From NCBI GenBank assembly GCA_017514235.1, contig JAFWKK010000014.1:19061-83060 (forward strand): DNA of 64,000 nucleotides. Reading direction: 5' to 3'. Positions 26,087 through 34,036 of this stretch are shown one piece after another (position 1 is the stretch's first letter; every line of letters starts with the position of its first letter). The position numbers and the translations under genes were made by a program. The notes beneath the pieces were generated by a model. It saw only the letters and a program-made list of their open reading frames with translations, was not told the DNA's origin and did not search any database. The stretch comes from Kiritimatiellia bacterium. Its GTDB lineage: Bacteria > Verrucomicrobiota > Kiritimatiellia > RFP12 > UBA1067.

Positions 26087-27299
26087 GTCTCCTTCTGTAT
26101 TCGCTCATGGAGATTCCCTCGCTCTTGGAAAAGATCCTCCCCAGATAAGACTCCGTGCGGTAGCCGCACAACTTGCATATCGTGCCGATGGAATGTCCGC
26201 TGTACGCCAGCAACCGCCTGGCCCGCCTTATGCGGAACTCTACTATCGCCTTCCGAACCGACATTCCGGTAATCTGCCTGTAACGCAAGTCAAGAAGCCG
26301 CCTGGATATCTTAAGCTCGTCGGCTATGGTGTCGGAATTCAGGCTGCCGTGCGCGCGGGCGGATATTATCGCGTCCGCCCGGCGCACGAGCATTCCCGCC
26401 GAGGAGCTCGGCGCAGTGGAGAGACGGTGCGTTACCGTCGGCTCTCCGGAGACGATCCGACGCACACCGCGGCTGCGCCCTGAGATGAGCGCATCCATCT
26501 CCTGCGCGGCGGCATATCCCATCCCCGAAAAGTCGGGACGTATGCTGGAAAGCGTCGGACGCGTGTGGACGCAGAACACCGGGTCGTCGTCCACCCCCAG
26601 GACCGAAAGCTCATCGGGGACGCGCAGTCGGCTCCTGGCGCACACCTTCAGCACGATGTCAGCCGCACAGTCGTTGGCCGCAAAGACGGCGGCGGGCTTC
26701 GGCAGGGCCTTCAGCCACATGGGCAGGTCGTCGCCGTCAGCCTGCGGCTCGCCTCGGAAGAGGCGCACCGGACGCCTTCCCGCCCTCCTGACAGTCCGCG
26801 CAAAGGCGGCGCCTCGAAGGCGTGACCAGGCGAGCTCAGGGTGCAAGCCGACAAACCCGTACGACACGTACTCGCCGTTTGCAAGAATGACCTCCGCAGC
26901 CATCTCGCCTATCTTCTCCGAGTCAATGTTCAGGAACGAACATCTCGCAGGCTTGCGCCTGCGCACCTCGTCAAAAGGCCAATCCATTCCCACGAGAGGC
27001 ACGCCTGTGCCGACGCACAGCGACAGGCACTCCTGCCGCAAGGCGTCCGAATCGCACGAGCCGTCCCTGAATCCGATGTCGCCGAACATCACGCCGGAAA
27101 CGCACCCGTCGAGAGCCCGCCTGAAGGACGCGGCGCACCTGACGTCTCGCACAAGGCGCAGGTCCCAGTCCAAGCCGGTTTCGCGCAGGTAGCGCATTAT
27201 GCCGTCGTACTTGTCCCTTCCGTCCTGATAGGCGAACGGCAAAGCCACGACGACGGTTTCTCTGGTCGGATTCCTTGCCATCTCAGCGTTGCATTTCAC
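26058..27299 (-). CDS. XylR-type hybrid regulator (PBP-like domain + AraC HTH)
   Basis: Same architecture as 19761-20930. The C-terminus is IRRARRLLAYSGHSIGTICKLCGYRTESYLGRIFSKSEGISMSEYRRRH. Confidence 0.8.
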   Translation of the reverse strand: MKCNAEMARNPTRETVVVALPFAYQDGRDKYDGIMRYLRETGLDWDLRLVRDVRCAASFRRALDGCVSGVMFGDIGFRDGSCDSDALRQECLSLCVGTGVPLVGMDWPFDEVRRRKPARCSFLNIDSEKIGEMAAEVILANGEYVSYGFVGLHPELAWSRLRGAAFARTVRRAGRRPVRLFRGEPQADGDDLPMWLKALPKPAAVFAANDCAADIVLKVCARSRLRVPDELSVLGVDDDPVFCVHTRPTLSSIRPDFSGMGYAAAQEMDALISGRSRGVRRIVSGEPTVTHRLSTAPSSSAGMLVRRADAIISARAHGSLNSDTIADELKISRRLLDLRYRQITGMSVRKAIVEFRIRRARRLLAYSGHSIGTICKLCGYRTESYLGRIFSKSEGISMSEYRRRHAKDENERA

Positions 27300-27321
27300 A
27301 AAGCATATGTGCCGTCGTCAG

Positions 27322-30300
27322 CTACTTGCGCCTGAACAGCGGCGCAGCGATCTCGTAGAGCTCCTGGTCTTTCTGCAGCTTCTGGAACAAGCCCTGCGCG
27401 TCGATGTTGTAACCTTGAATGAAGCTCTGCTGCGCGGCCTGCTTGCGTCCCGCGCGGTGTTGCAGCTTGGCGAGATCGGCCCATGCGAAGGCGTCTTCGG
27501 TCGGCTTCATGCCGAGATAGCGGTTGAGCGTCTTCTCGGCGTCCGCATCGAGCTTCGCCTCCATGAAAAGCGTCGATGCGTATCGCAGCGACTGCGCGTC
27601 GGACAGTCTGTCGGCGAGGCCGTGCAGTATCTGCGCGGCCTCACGCACGCGGCCCATCTCGGCGTAGCAGTGCACTAGGGAGAAGGCGTCCGCATCGTCA
27701 AGCTTGCCGCCGGTCTCGCGGCGCTTTGCCTCGATCCGCTCCATCTCGGACGTGAGAGCGCGGACGCGGGCGATGTAGCCCTTGAGGTTCTCGGTGCGCT
27801 TGTTGCGCGGGTCGATGCGGTCGGTATAGGCCATCAGGTCAAGGGCCGCATCCCACCTGCGGAACGGCAGCAGGCATTCCTGTGCGTAACGGAAGGTCGC
27901 CTCGGGAGACGCCGGATAAAGCAAACAAGCCTCGCGGAACGCCTGCCCGGCCTCGCGGTAGCGGCCCTGGCGCTGGTAGAGGCCGGCGATCGCCGCGCGG
28001 AGCTTCGAGAACGACTTCTGCCCGGCGAAGTCGCGGCGGTACATCGGGTCGTCGAGGAGCCGACGGAAGTACCAGTCCCAGAAGTCCATGTCCTTGGCGG
28101 CACGCTGCGCGTCGTAGGGAGTCCGATCCGCATTGAGCTTCATGATCAGGCCGTGGGGCGACAGGTACGGGTACATCCACTGTATGACGTAGCTCTCCTC
28201 GACGTAGAACGAATGGCGCAGGCGGTCATGGTCGTGCATCATCTTCGTGAGAATGCCGTTGATCTCCATCACGCCGAGCGCACCCGTCACCTGAACGCGC
28301 CCGTTCTCTATCTTCAGGTCGCCGTTCGCCGGCCGCACGCCGCGCTGCACCTCGTCCACGTAGATGTTGAACGCCTCCGCCGAGTCCTCGCTCGATGGTA
28401 TCCATATCTCATCGCCGTAGAGGTCGCGCTCCACCTTCATGTACGTGTCGTCGGCGAGCGCGTTCTGCGTGATGAGGTACACGTCGGGACGAAACAGCGC
28501 CGAATAGATCATGTAAGTAGGCACGAACCTGCCCGGATCGGTTCCGCCGAAGAATATGGAGAACGGTTCCATCGGCTCCGGCCAGTCGGGGTCGGGCAGG
28601 GGCTCCTCATCGGCTACGAGCTGCTCGCGTATCGCCTTGGCGTCTTCCAGCTGGTATGCGCCGAACTGCCAGCCGAACGTGTGCCCGTTCTGCTCGCTTC
28701 CGCCAAGCTCGAAGACGAGACGGTCGTCTGTGTAGTTCTGGACGATAGGATACGCGGCGCAGACGACGATCATGGCTGCCGCCAGCGCAAGCGCCACACG
28801 CTTCGTCGCCCTGGCGCGGCAGCGCCGAAGCGCCAGCACCGCCGCGAACACTAGCCCGTATCCGATCCAGAGCGCGATCATCGCGTGGGACGATATGAAC
28901 TTTACCTTCTGGATGAAGCCGTCCTGCACGTCGCCCTTCACGTTCGCGAGCAGTATGAGCAGGCCCGACATCATCAGGAAGCACGCAAGCGCCGCGCTCA
29001 TCCACTGCCAGAACGCCTTGCACTGCGCCTTGCCGACGACCCACTTCGCCGCCACGAACGGAACCAGCGCGAGCGGCACGAGGAGGTCGGTGAACTGCAC
29101 CATGACGTCGCCGAAATAGTGCTTCATCTGCGTGCCCATGAAGTCAAGGAACGCGCCGACGGACGGGAAGCTCGGCACGCCGATCGCCTCGTACTGTCCG
29201 CGCATGATCGCGTGCTTGAAGCCGTCCCAGGTGCGCGGATACCCCCAGTTCATCGGCGGGTTCCTGAGGTCGCTGACGATCGGCATGTAGACGTAGAACG
29301 AGATGCCAAGCTGGGCAAAGAACGCCGCGCCGGCGACGCTGCGCCCGTTGGGGAGCGTCACCCACGCCAACGCCAGCAAAACGAAGTTCCAGGCTATAGG
29401 CCAGCCGAACCACCAGCTCTGCGGATGCGTGAGGCCGTTCATCGCGCCGTGCGCCAGGAGCGTGAAGACCGCCAAATGCAGTCCCGCAACCGGTATTGCG
29501 AAGCACAGGCCCTTGCGCGTGAAGGCTGTCAGCGCGAACAGGACCGCCACCATCATCCAGAACATGAACGTCGACTTGCCCCACGGGAACTTCTCGCCGG
29601 CGTAACCACCGTCGCCGGCCGACGGAACAGCCGCCGCGAAAACGACGGCCGCCAGTGCGAACGCCGCGGCGATGCCGATGAGCTTCAGCGACTTCGGGGC
29701 AAGGAGACGCTCGTCGTCGCGAAGCGCCGCGAGGGTCGCCGCGACGACAGAGCCCGCCACGCACGCGGCGATCAGCGCGTAGCGCGTAGGCTCTATGAGC
29801 GGCGCGACCGGCGCCGTGATTCCGCTCCACGTGTTCTTGGAGACGAAGACGAAAGATGAGAGCAGCATCAGCGCCGCCGCGCTCCCGCCGCCGTACAGCA
29901 CGGCCTTCCGGGCGCGTTCAGCATCGCCCCGGCGCTTCAGCACCGCTGCCGCAGCGATGGAGCAGACTAGCGCGACGACGGCGATGACAAGGACCGTCGT
30001 CGACGGCGTCGTGACCGCCTGGCCCACTATCGCCTCGTGCTTGTTTATGACGTCGGCGTGCATGAAACGGTCAGCCCGCATGAGGCTGCCGATCTTCAGC
30101 ACCTGCCACGTCATCCCGACCGGCATGAGGTATATGAACACGTCGCGGAACAGCCCGATGTCACGCATCGCGATAAGGATCGCAAGCGGCACGATGGCGA
30201 AAAGCAGCACCTGATAGTTCGTGAGGCCGAGGCCGAACACGAACGCTGTCATGAACAGCATCTTGTCGGACGGCTTGCGCATCCAGCGGTAGGAGAGCAG

Positions 30301-30804
30301 GAACACCCACATCAGGAAAAGCGCGTTGAGCGAGTATATCTCGACGATCGTCGCCTGCGACCACTCCACCGGCGAGAACGCGAACGTAAGCGCCCCGCCT
30401 ACACCGCCGCCGAAGCAGAGCCAGGGGCTGCTCGCGGACATGCCGGAGCCTTCCTCCCCTTCGCCGGCGACGAAGTCGTTTGCACTGCGGCAGATCAGCA
30501 TAGCCGTGCAGCCGGCTGCGAACGCGCCGAACGTAGCCGAGCAGAGGCTTACGGCCCAAGCCGGCGTCGGGTGGCCCATGTATGTCACCCACGAGAACGC
30601 CTTACAGAACATCCAGCAGCAGAACGTCCAGAACGGATAGCCCGGCGGGTGCGGCACCCCGAGGTTCGCCGCCGCCGTCGCAAGCTCACCGGAGTCCTCA
30701 AGTCCGACGGATGGGCCGAGCGTGAGGAAATATACGACAAAAGTGATGAGTGTGGCGGTCCAGAAAGCCGCCCAATCAAGTTTGGTGAAGAATCTTTCCC
30801 TCAT
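27322..30804 (-). CDS. DUF2723 (GT117/TMEM260-like) polytopic membrane protein with C-terminal TPR repeats
   Basis: The N-terminus is typical of DUF2723 (LITFVVYFLTLGPSVGLEDSGELATAAANLGVPHPPGYPFWT). Many TM segments are present. The tail is TPR-like (YREAGQAFREACLLYP...). Confidence 0.8.
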   Translation of the reverse strand: MRERFFTKLDWAAFWTATLITFVVYFLTLGPSVGLEDSGELATAAANLGVPHPPGYPFWTFCCWMFCKAFSWVTYMGHPTPAWAVSLCSATFGAFAAGCTAMLICRSANDFVAGEGEEGSGMSASSPWLCFGGGVGGALTFAFSPVEWSQATIVEIYSLNALFLMWVFLLSYRWMRKPSDKMLFMTAFVFGLGLTNYQVLLFAIVPLAILIAMRDIGLFRDVFIYLMPVGMTWQVLKIGSLMRADRFMHADVINKHEAIVGQAVTTPSTTVLVIAVVALVCSIAAAAVLKRRGDAERARKAVLYGGGSAAALMLLSSFVFVSKNTWSGITAPVAPLIEPTRYALIAACVAGSVVAATLAALRDDERLLAPKSLKLIGIAAAFALAAVVFAAAVPSAGDGGYAGEKFPWGKSTFMFWMMVAVLFALTAFTRKGLCFAIPVAGLHLAVFTLLAHGAMNGLTHPQSWWFGWPIAWNFVLLALAWVTLPNGRSVAGAAFFAQLGISFYVYMPIVSDLRNPPMNWGYPRTWDGFKHAIMRGQYEAIGVPSFPSVGAFLDFMGTQMKHYFGDVMVQFTDLLVPLALVPFVAAKWVVGKAQCKAFWQWMSAALACFLMMSGLLILLANVKGDVQDGFIQKVKFISSHAMIALWIGYGLVFAAVLALRRCRARATKRVALALAAAMIVVCAAYPIVQNYTDDRLVFELGGSEQNGHTFGWQFGAYQLEDAKAIREQLVADEEPLPDPDWPEPMEPFSIFFGGTDPGRFVPTYMIYSALFRPDVYLITQNALADDTYMKVERDLYGDEIWIPSSEDSAEAFNIYVDEVQRGVRPANGDLKIENGRVQVTGALGVMEINGILTKMMHDHDRLRHSFYVEESYVIQWMYPYLSPHGLIMKLNADRTPYDAQRAAKDMDFWDWYFRRLLDDPMYRRDFAGQKSFSKLRAAIAGLYQRQGRYREAGQAFREACLLYPASPEATFRYAQECLLPFRRWDAALDLMAYTDRIDPRNKRTENLKGYIARVRALTSEMERIEAKRRETGGKLDDADAFSLVHCYAEMGRVREAAQILHGLADRLSDAQSLRYASTLFMEAKLDADAEKTLNRYLGMKPTEDAFAWADLAKLQHRAGRKQAAQQSFIQGYNIDAQGLFQKLQKDQELYEIAAPLFRRK

Positions 30805-30813
30805 AGTTTGCGT

Positions 30814-30819
30814 ATTATA
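30814..30819 (-). promoter_or_regulatory. extended -10 (TGATATAAT) 9 nt upstream of ATG 30804
   Basis: The minus strand reads GATTATGATATAATACGCAAACTATG. The same 16-mer occurs at the rpmE promoter. Confidence 0.5.
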
Positions 30820-31146
30820 TCATAATCCGCGCCTAACATGAGAGACTCAAAGGACGCCGCACCGTCAACCTTCGGGGCGTGAAGTCCAGGAGCAACTGCT
30901 AGTTTCCCTTGCAGTTCCTACGGGTCGTAATTCGTGGTTCCGGTCCCGTTCACGCCGCCTCCAGTCGCGCCGCCAGCTTCCAACCGTGGGACGCATACCC
31001 GATCCCCTCCACAGTCCTCGCTCGGGCGCTCCGCGACCTCACCTTGTCCGAGAACCTCCCGAGCATCTCCGCCACGAACGCCGCGCTCCCGAGTATCTTA
31101 CCGCACGAAACCTGCGCTATCCGCCTCATCAGCCGCCCCTCCTCCA

Positions 31147-31159
31147 GGGGACTGTCCCC
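31147..31159. repeat. palindrome GGGGACTGTCCCC (copy 1, inside the transposase CDS)
   Basis: Read directly from the sequence. Confidence 0.9.
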
Positions 31160-31591
31160 GGTTATGACGCCAAGGATTGAGAGCAGCCACTCCCGGCAGC
31201 GAACCGCGAACGCGTTCCCACGCCTCGCCGCTCCGACGGTGTTCCACGCGTAGTCGGACGTGCGCACGGCGAGCCCCGCCCTCACAGGGTTCATCTCCAC
31301 GTACGCCGCGCACCTCCTGAGGTACTCCACCCCGCCAACGAGCGTGCTCCTGAACCTGCCCTCCCACAGAGTCCCTGGAAAGGGCCTGCGACTGCGGAAG
31401 AGACGCCCGAACTCCTCCTTGAACGTCTTCACGAACTGGCTGAGGTCGTGCATTCGCGCCCGCAGCCTGCCGAGCTCTGCCTCAGCGGCGGCCGCGTGGC
31501 CACGCTCGCGTAGGCCGCAGAGGCGCGCCTCCAGCCGCAGGGACGCCCTGCCACCCATGAGTACCGCATAGCGACGCAGCACCTCCGACTC

Positions 31592-31604
31592 GGGGACAGT
31601 CCCC
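31592..31604. repeat. palindrome GGGGACAGTCCCC (copy 2, inside the transposase CDS)
   Basis: Read directly from the sequence. Confidence 0.9.
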
Positions 31605-31861
31605 TCGTGACAGGGGACCTGGACGACCACGTGGAAGTGGTTGTCCATGACGGCGAACGCACCCACGTTCACCCCGCTGAACTCCGCCGCACGCTCGAGG
31701 GCGTCCAGCATGTCGTCCTTCACTCCCGCGCCAGCGAGCAGCATCTGGCGGCCCGATATCCGCGAGGTCACGTGGTGCAGCGCGTCGCGGTCCGGGAACT
31801 TGATCCTCATTGTCCTTGCCATTCGAATCTCTCCTTTCGCTTGTGGTTGTCGCGTCCCGGC

Positions 31862-31874
31862 GGGGACTGTCCCC
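31862..31874. repeat. palindrome GGGGACTGTCCCC (copy 3, transposase 5' UTR)
   Basis: Read directly from the sequence. Confidence 0.9.
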
Positions 31875-31887
31875 GCGGAACGTGAGC

Positions 31888-31893
31888 ATAATA
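31888..31893 (-). promoter_or_regulatory. extended -10 (TGGTATTAT) for the transposase gene
   Basis: The plus strand reads ATAATACCA, 66 nt upstream of ATG 31822. Confidence 0.45.
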
Positions 31894-31956
31894 CCACATT
31901 TAAGGAAGAGAATTATTTCCCGACGATTAGCACCCCTACCCGCCACGACGCATCGT

Positions 31957-31981
31957 CCCCCCCCCCCCACCACCACCACCA
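31957..31981. repeat. compound simple-sequence repeat: C12 followed by (CCA)5
   Basis: Counted directly: catcgtCCCCCCCCCCCCACCACCACCACCAgcg. Confidence 0.95.
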
Positions 31982-31984
31982 GCG

Positions 31985-31997
31985 GGGGACTGTCCCC
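31985..31997. repeat. palindrome GGGGACTGTCCCC (copy 4, upstream of the transposase promoter)
   Basis: Read directly from the sequence. Confidence 0.9.
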
Positions 31998-32213
31998 AAC
32001 AGCCCCCATGCAGGCGCAGGACGCGGCGGAGATCGCGGCGTGGGAGCTGAACATGCTGCCCGTGGACGGCGTCGGCGTCATGGTCGTGAAGGAACTGACG
32101 AGCGCGATGCTCGACGAGAGGACGATTTCGTACGCGGTCCGTCTGGAGGTCCAGACGACGCTTGGCGATCCACTTGACAGCGGAAAGGAGTAGGCGGTAT
32201 ACTACGCGGGGAG

Positions 32214-32351
32214 ATGAATGAACTCACCAGAGAGTCGATCGACAGGATCGTAGGCAAGATTTGCGACGTGATCGAGATTGCAGTCATGATCGCATTTCTG
32301 CCTCTCTTGGCATTCTTCATCTACATTACGTTGAACACGCCCGTTCAGTGA
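32214..32351 (+). CDS. 45-aa single-TM small protein (hypothetical)
   Basis: My translation is MNELTRESIDRIVGKICDVIEIAVMIAFLPLLAFFIYITLNTPVQ. A GGGGAG lies just upstream. It is too short for the ORF track. Its 3' end overlaps the convergent 32345 gene by 7 nt. Confidence 0.3.
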   Translation: MNELTRESIDRIVGKICDVIEIAVMIAFLPLLAFFIYITLNTPVQ

Positions 32352-33091
32352 TGCCGCCGCCAGGCGATGGCGGACAGCAACAAGGTTGACATAAACTTCG
32401 ACGCCCAGACCCGCAAGGCCAAGGGCGACGTACGGGCGTCCGCCGCAGACTGCTCGGCTGCGGAGGCCTTGTCCTTCAGCGCCTTGCAGGCCGCCACGGC
32501 CGCGTCTTCCGACGCGTCCTCGGCAAGGCCGAGCTCTGCCATCAGTTTCTTCATGTGGATTTCTCCTTTTTTGTTCTTGACCTCCGCTGCACGCGCAGCG
32601 GCTAGATTGGAAAGCTCCTTGAAGTGCGGGGTGTTCGTCATGCCGATCGACATGAGCCGCACGGGGCGGTAGTACCTGCCGTCCTTCTCGCAGGCGAACG
32701 CCGGCGAGCGGTTGAGGAGCGTCTTCGACTCCCACAGCTCGCGGCCCTTCGGCGTAAACTCCCAGCGCGTCCAGATGGATCCGTCCGGTTCCTGGCGGAT
32801 GTCCTTGGCCCAGGCCATCGCGGCGCTCGACTTCGAGCGGTCGAGGGAGTAGTGCTCTTCGTCGACGAGGATTCCCGGCCATTGCGGATCGCGTGCAGCG
32901 GCCTTGAAGGACTCGATCACGGCCTTTGCAGTTGCCTCGTCGAAGACGAACTCGGCGTCCTTGGCGGCACCTTCGACGGTGCCGCCCACGGGATAGCGCC
33001 CGTACGGCGGGAACGTCTGGAACCAGGTGGCGTTCGTCGCCGGGTCGTTCCTGAACTCGCGGCACGCCGCGAAGATTGCTGTCGTTTTCAT
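32345..33091 (-). CDS. Mu gpI-like phage head protease/scaffold protein, probably C-terminally degenerate (prophage remnant)
   Basis: VDEEHYS and IGMTNTPHF motifs resemble the Mu-like prophage I protein family. The scaffold-like tail is KKLMAELGLAEDASEDAAVAACKALKDKA. I trimmed the start to ATG 33091. Confidence 0.6.
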   Translation of the reverse strand: MKTTAIFAACREFRNDPATNATWFQTFPPYGRYPVGGTVEGAAKDAEFVFDEATAKAVIESFKAAARDPQWPGILVDEEHYSLDRSKSSAAMAWAKDIRQEPDGSIWTRWEFTPKGRELWESKTLLNRSPAFACEKDGRYYRPVRLMSIGMTNTPHFKELSNLAAARAAEVKNKKGEIHMKKLMAELGLAEDASEDAAVAACKALKDKASAAEQSAADARTSPLALRVWASKFMSTLLLSAIAWRRHH

Positions 33092-33212
33092 TTCGCTGTT
33101 GCCTTTCCGAAGTCGGTTGTGGTATAATTCACGGCAGCTAGGGGCGAAACGGTCCGATGCGCCAGTAGCCCGCAGCCTGGCGAAGACAGCCGGCAATGTC
33201 TTCTAACCTTCT

Positions 33213-33656
33213 TCATCTCTTCCCCTTCCTGTTCGGAACGATTGTGAATACGTGTTCGATCGTGTCGCTTCCCTCTTCGGATATGGCAATCATCCCGAAG
33301 TTCTCAAATGCCTTTGAGTAGAGCGTCCTGCCTTCGAACCCCTTGTGGTCTTTCTCCACCTTGGCAGGGCTGGTCACTGTGTTGACGGCAAACATCAGCC
33401 GGGTCTTGCGTGCGTCCGCGTCGCCTTCAAGATGCGTATCGAGATGCACAAGCAGCTTCTTTCCAAAGCCAACCTGCTTGCCCTCCGGGTTCTTGACGTA
33501 GAACCCCTCGGTGAGCGCAGCCGTGGCGTCGGCAGCGCTGATCATCTTCGGCTCGCCTGACATGATTCTCTTCACCAGCTCGCTGTGCTTGTGGTTGGGG
33601 TGGGTGCAGCCTGCATCGCCGATGAACCCGCCGTCCTGTGGGCAGTGCTCGCTCAT
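33213..33656 (-). CDS. phage-associated hypothetical protein (position and size fit a MuF-associated toxin-like module; unproven)
   Basis: Protein-like composition. The start is coupled to the upstream ORF through an ATGA overlap at 33653-33656. Confidence 0.5.
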   Translation of the reverse strand: MSEHCPQDGGFIGDAGCTHPNHKHSELVKRIMSGEPKMISAADATAALTEGFYVKNPEGKQVGFGKKLLVHLDTHLEGDADARKTRLMFAVNTVTSPAKVEKDHKGFEGRTLYSKAFENFGMIAISEEGSDTIEHVFTIVPNRKGKR

Positions 33657-33952
33657 TTCGACATCATCTCCTCGTAGAGTTCTTCGGCTTGCTCCTGGGT
33701 AATTTCGCCGCCCGGGGACTTTGGGGACTTCGGGGACGATGGGGACGATTCCCCATTCCCCGTTCCCCTCAACTTTTCAACTTCCTCCGCCATCGCCTCG
33801 GCCATGGCGTCGGCGAGGACGGTGGCCGTAACGGGATCGGCGGGCAGCAGGTCCGGCAGGTCGGCCAGGAACTTCTCGCAAGCCTCCTTCGAGAAGTCTT
33901 TAAGAAGCTCTTGAACCGCCTTCGCGGCAGGAGGCCCACGAGACATTACCAT
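33653..33952 (-). CDS. hypothetical protein with low-complexity SPK linker (phage remnant)
   Basis: The ORF is translationally coupled to 33213-33656. The probable start is ATG 33952 or 33946 rather than 34021. Confidence 0.4.
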   Translation of the reverse strand: MVMSRGPPAAKAVQELLKDFSKEACEKFLADLPDLLPADPVTATVLADAMAEAMAEEVEKLRGTGNGESSPSSPKSPKSPGGEITQEQAEELYEEMMSK

Positions 33953-34002
33953 TTCCAAATTCAAACCAAAAAAGCCGTCCGCACCAACGAATAATATTTT
34001 GG

Positions 34003-34008
34003 TATAAT
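34003..34008 (+). promoter_or_regulatory. extended -10 (TGGTATAAT) for paaK-ACT
   Basis: The plus strand reads TTTTGGTATAAT, 28 nt upstream of ATG 34037, with a GGAAGGA SD in between. Confidence 0.55.
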
Positions 34009-34036
34009 ACCGGCAAATCAATCCGGAAGGACAAAT

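Larger units (their letters stand above)
30950..31822 (-). mobile_element. IS200/IS605-superfamily Y1 (HUH) transposase-like gene, long REP-associated (RayT/COG1943-like) form
   Basis: HUH motif in FAVMDNHFHVVVQVP and the downstream YVEMNPVRAGL motif. I trimmed the start to ATG 31822, which follows AAGGAGAG. Confidence 0.75.

Noticed and set aside
32202-33065. 287-aa minus-strand ORF overlapping the gpI-like gene in another frame
   Set aside because: It is Arg/Gly/Pro-rich and has no start context. The alternative frame (32345-33091) carries the phage protease/scaffold motifs.
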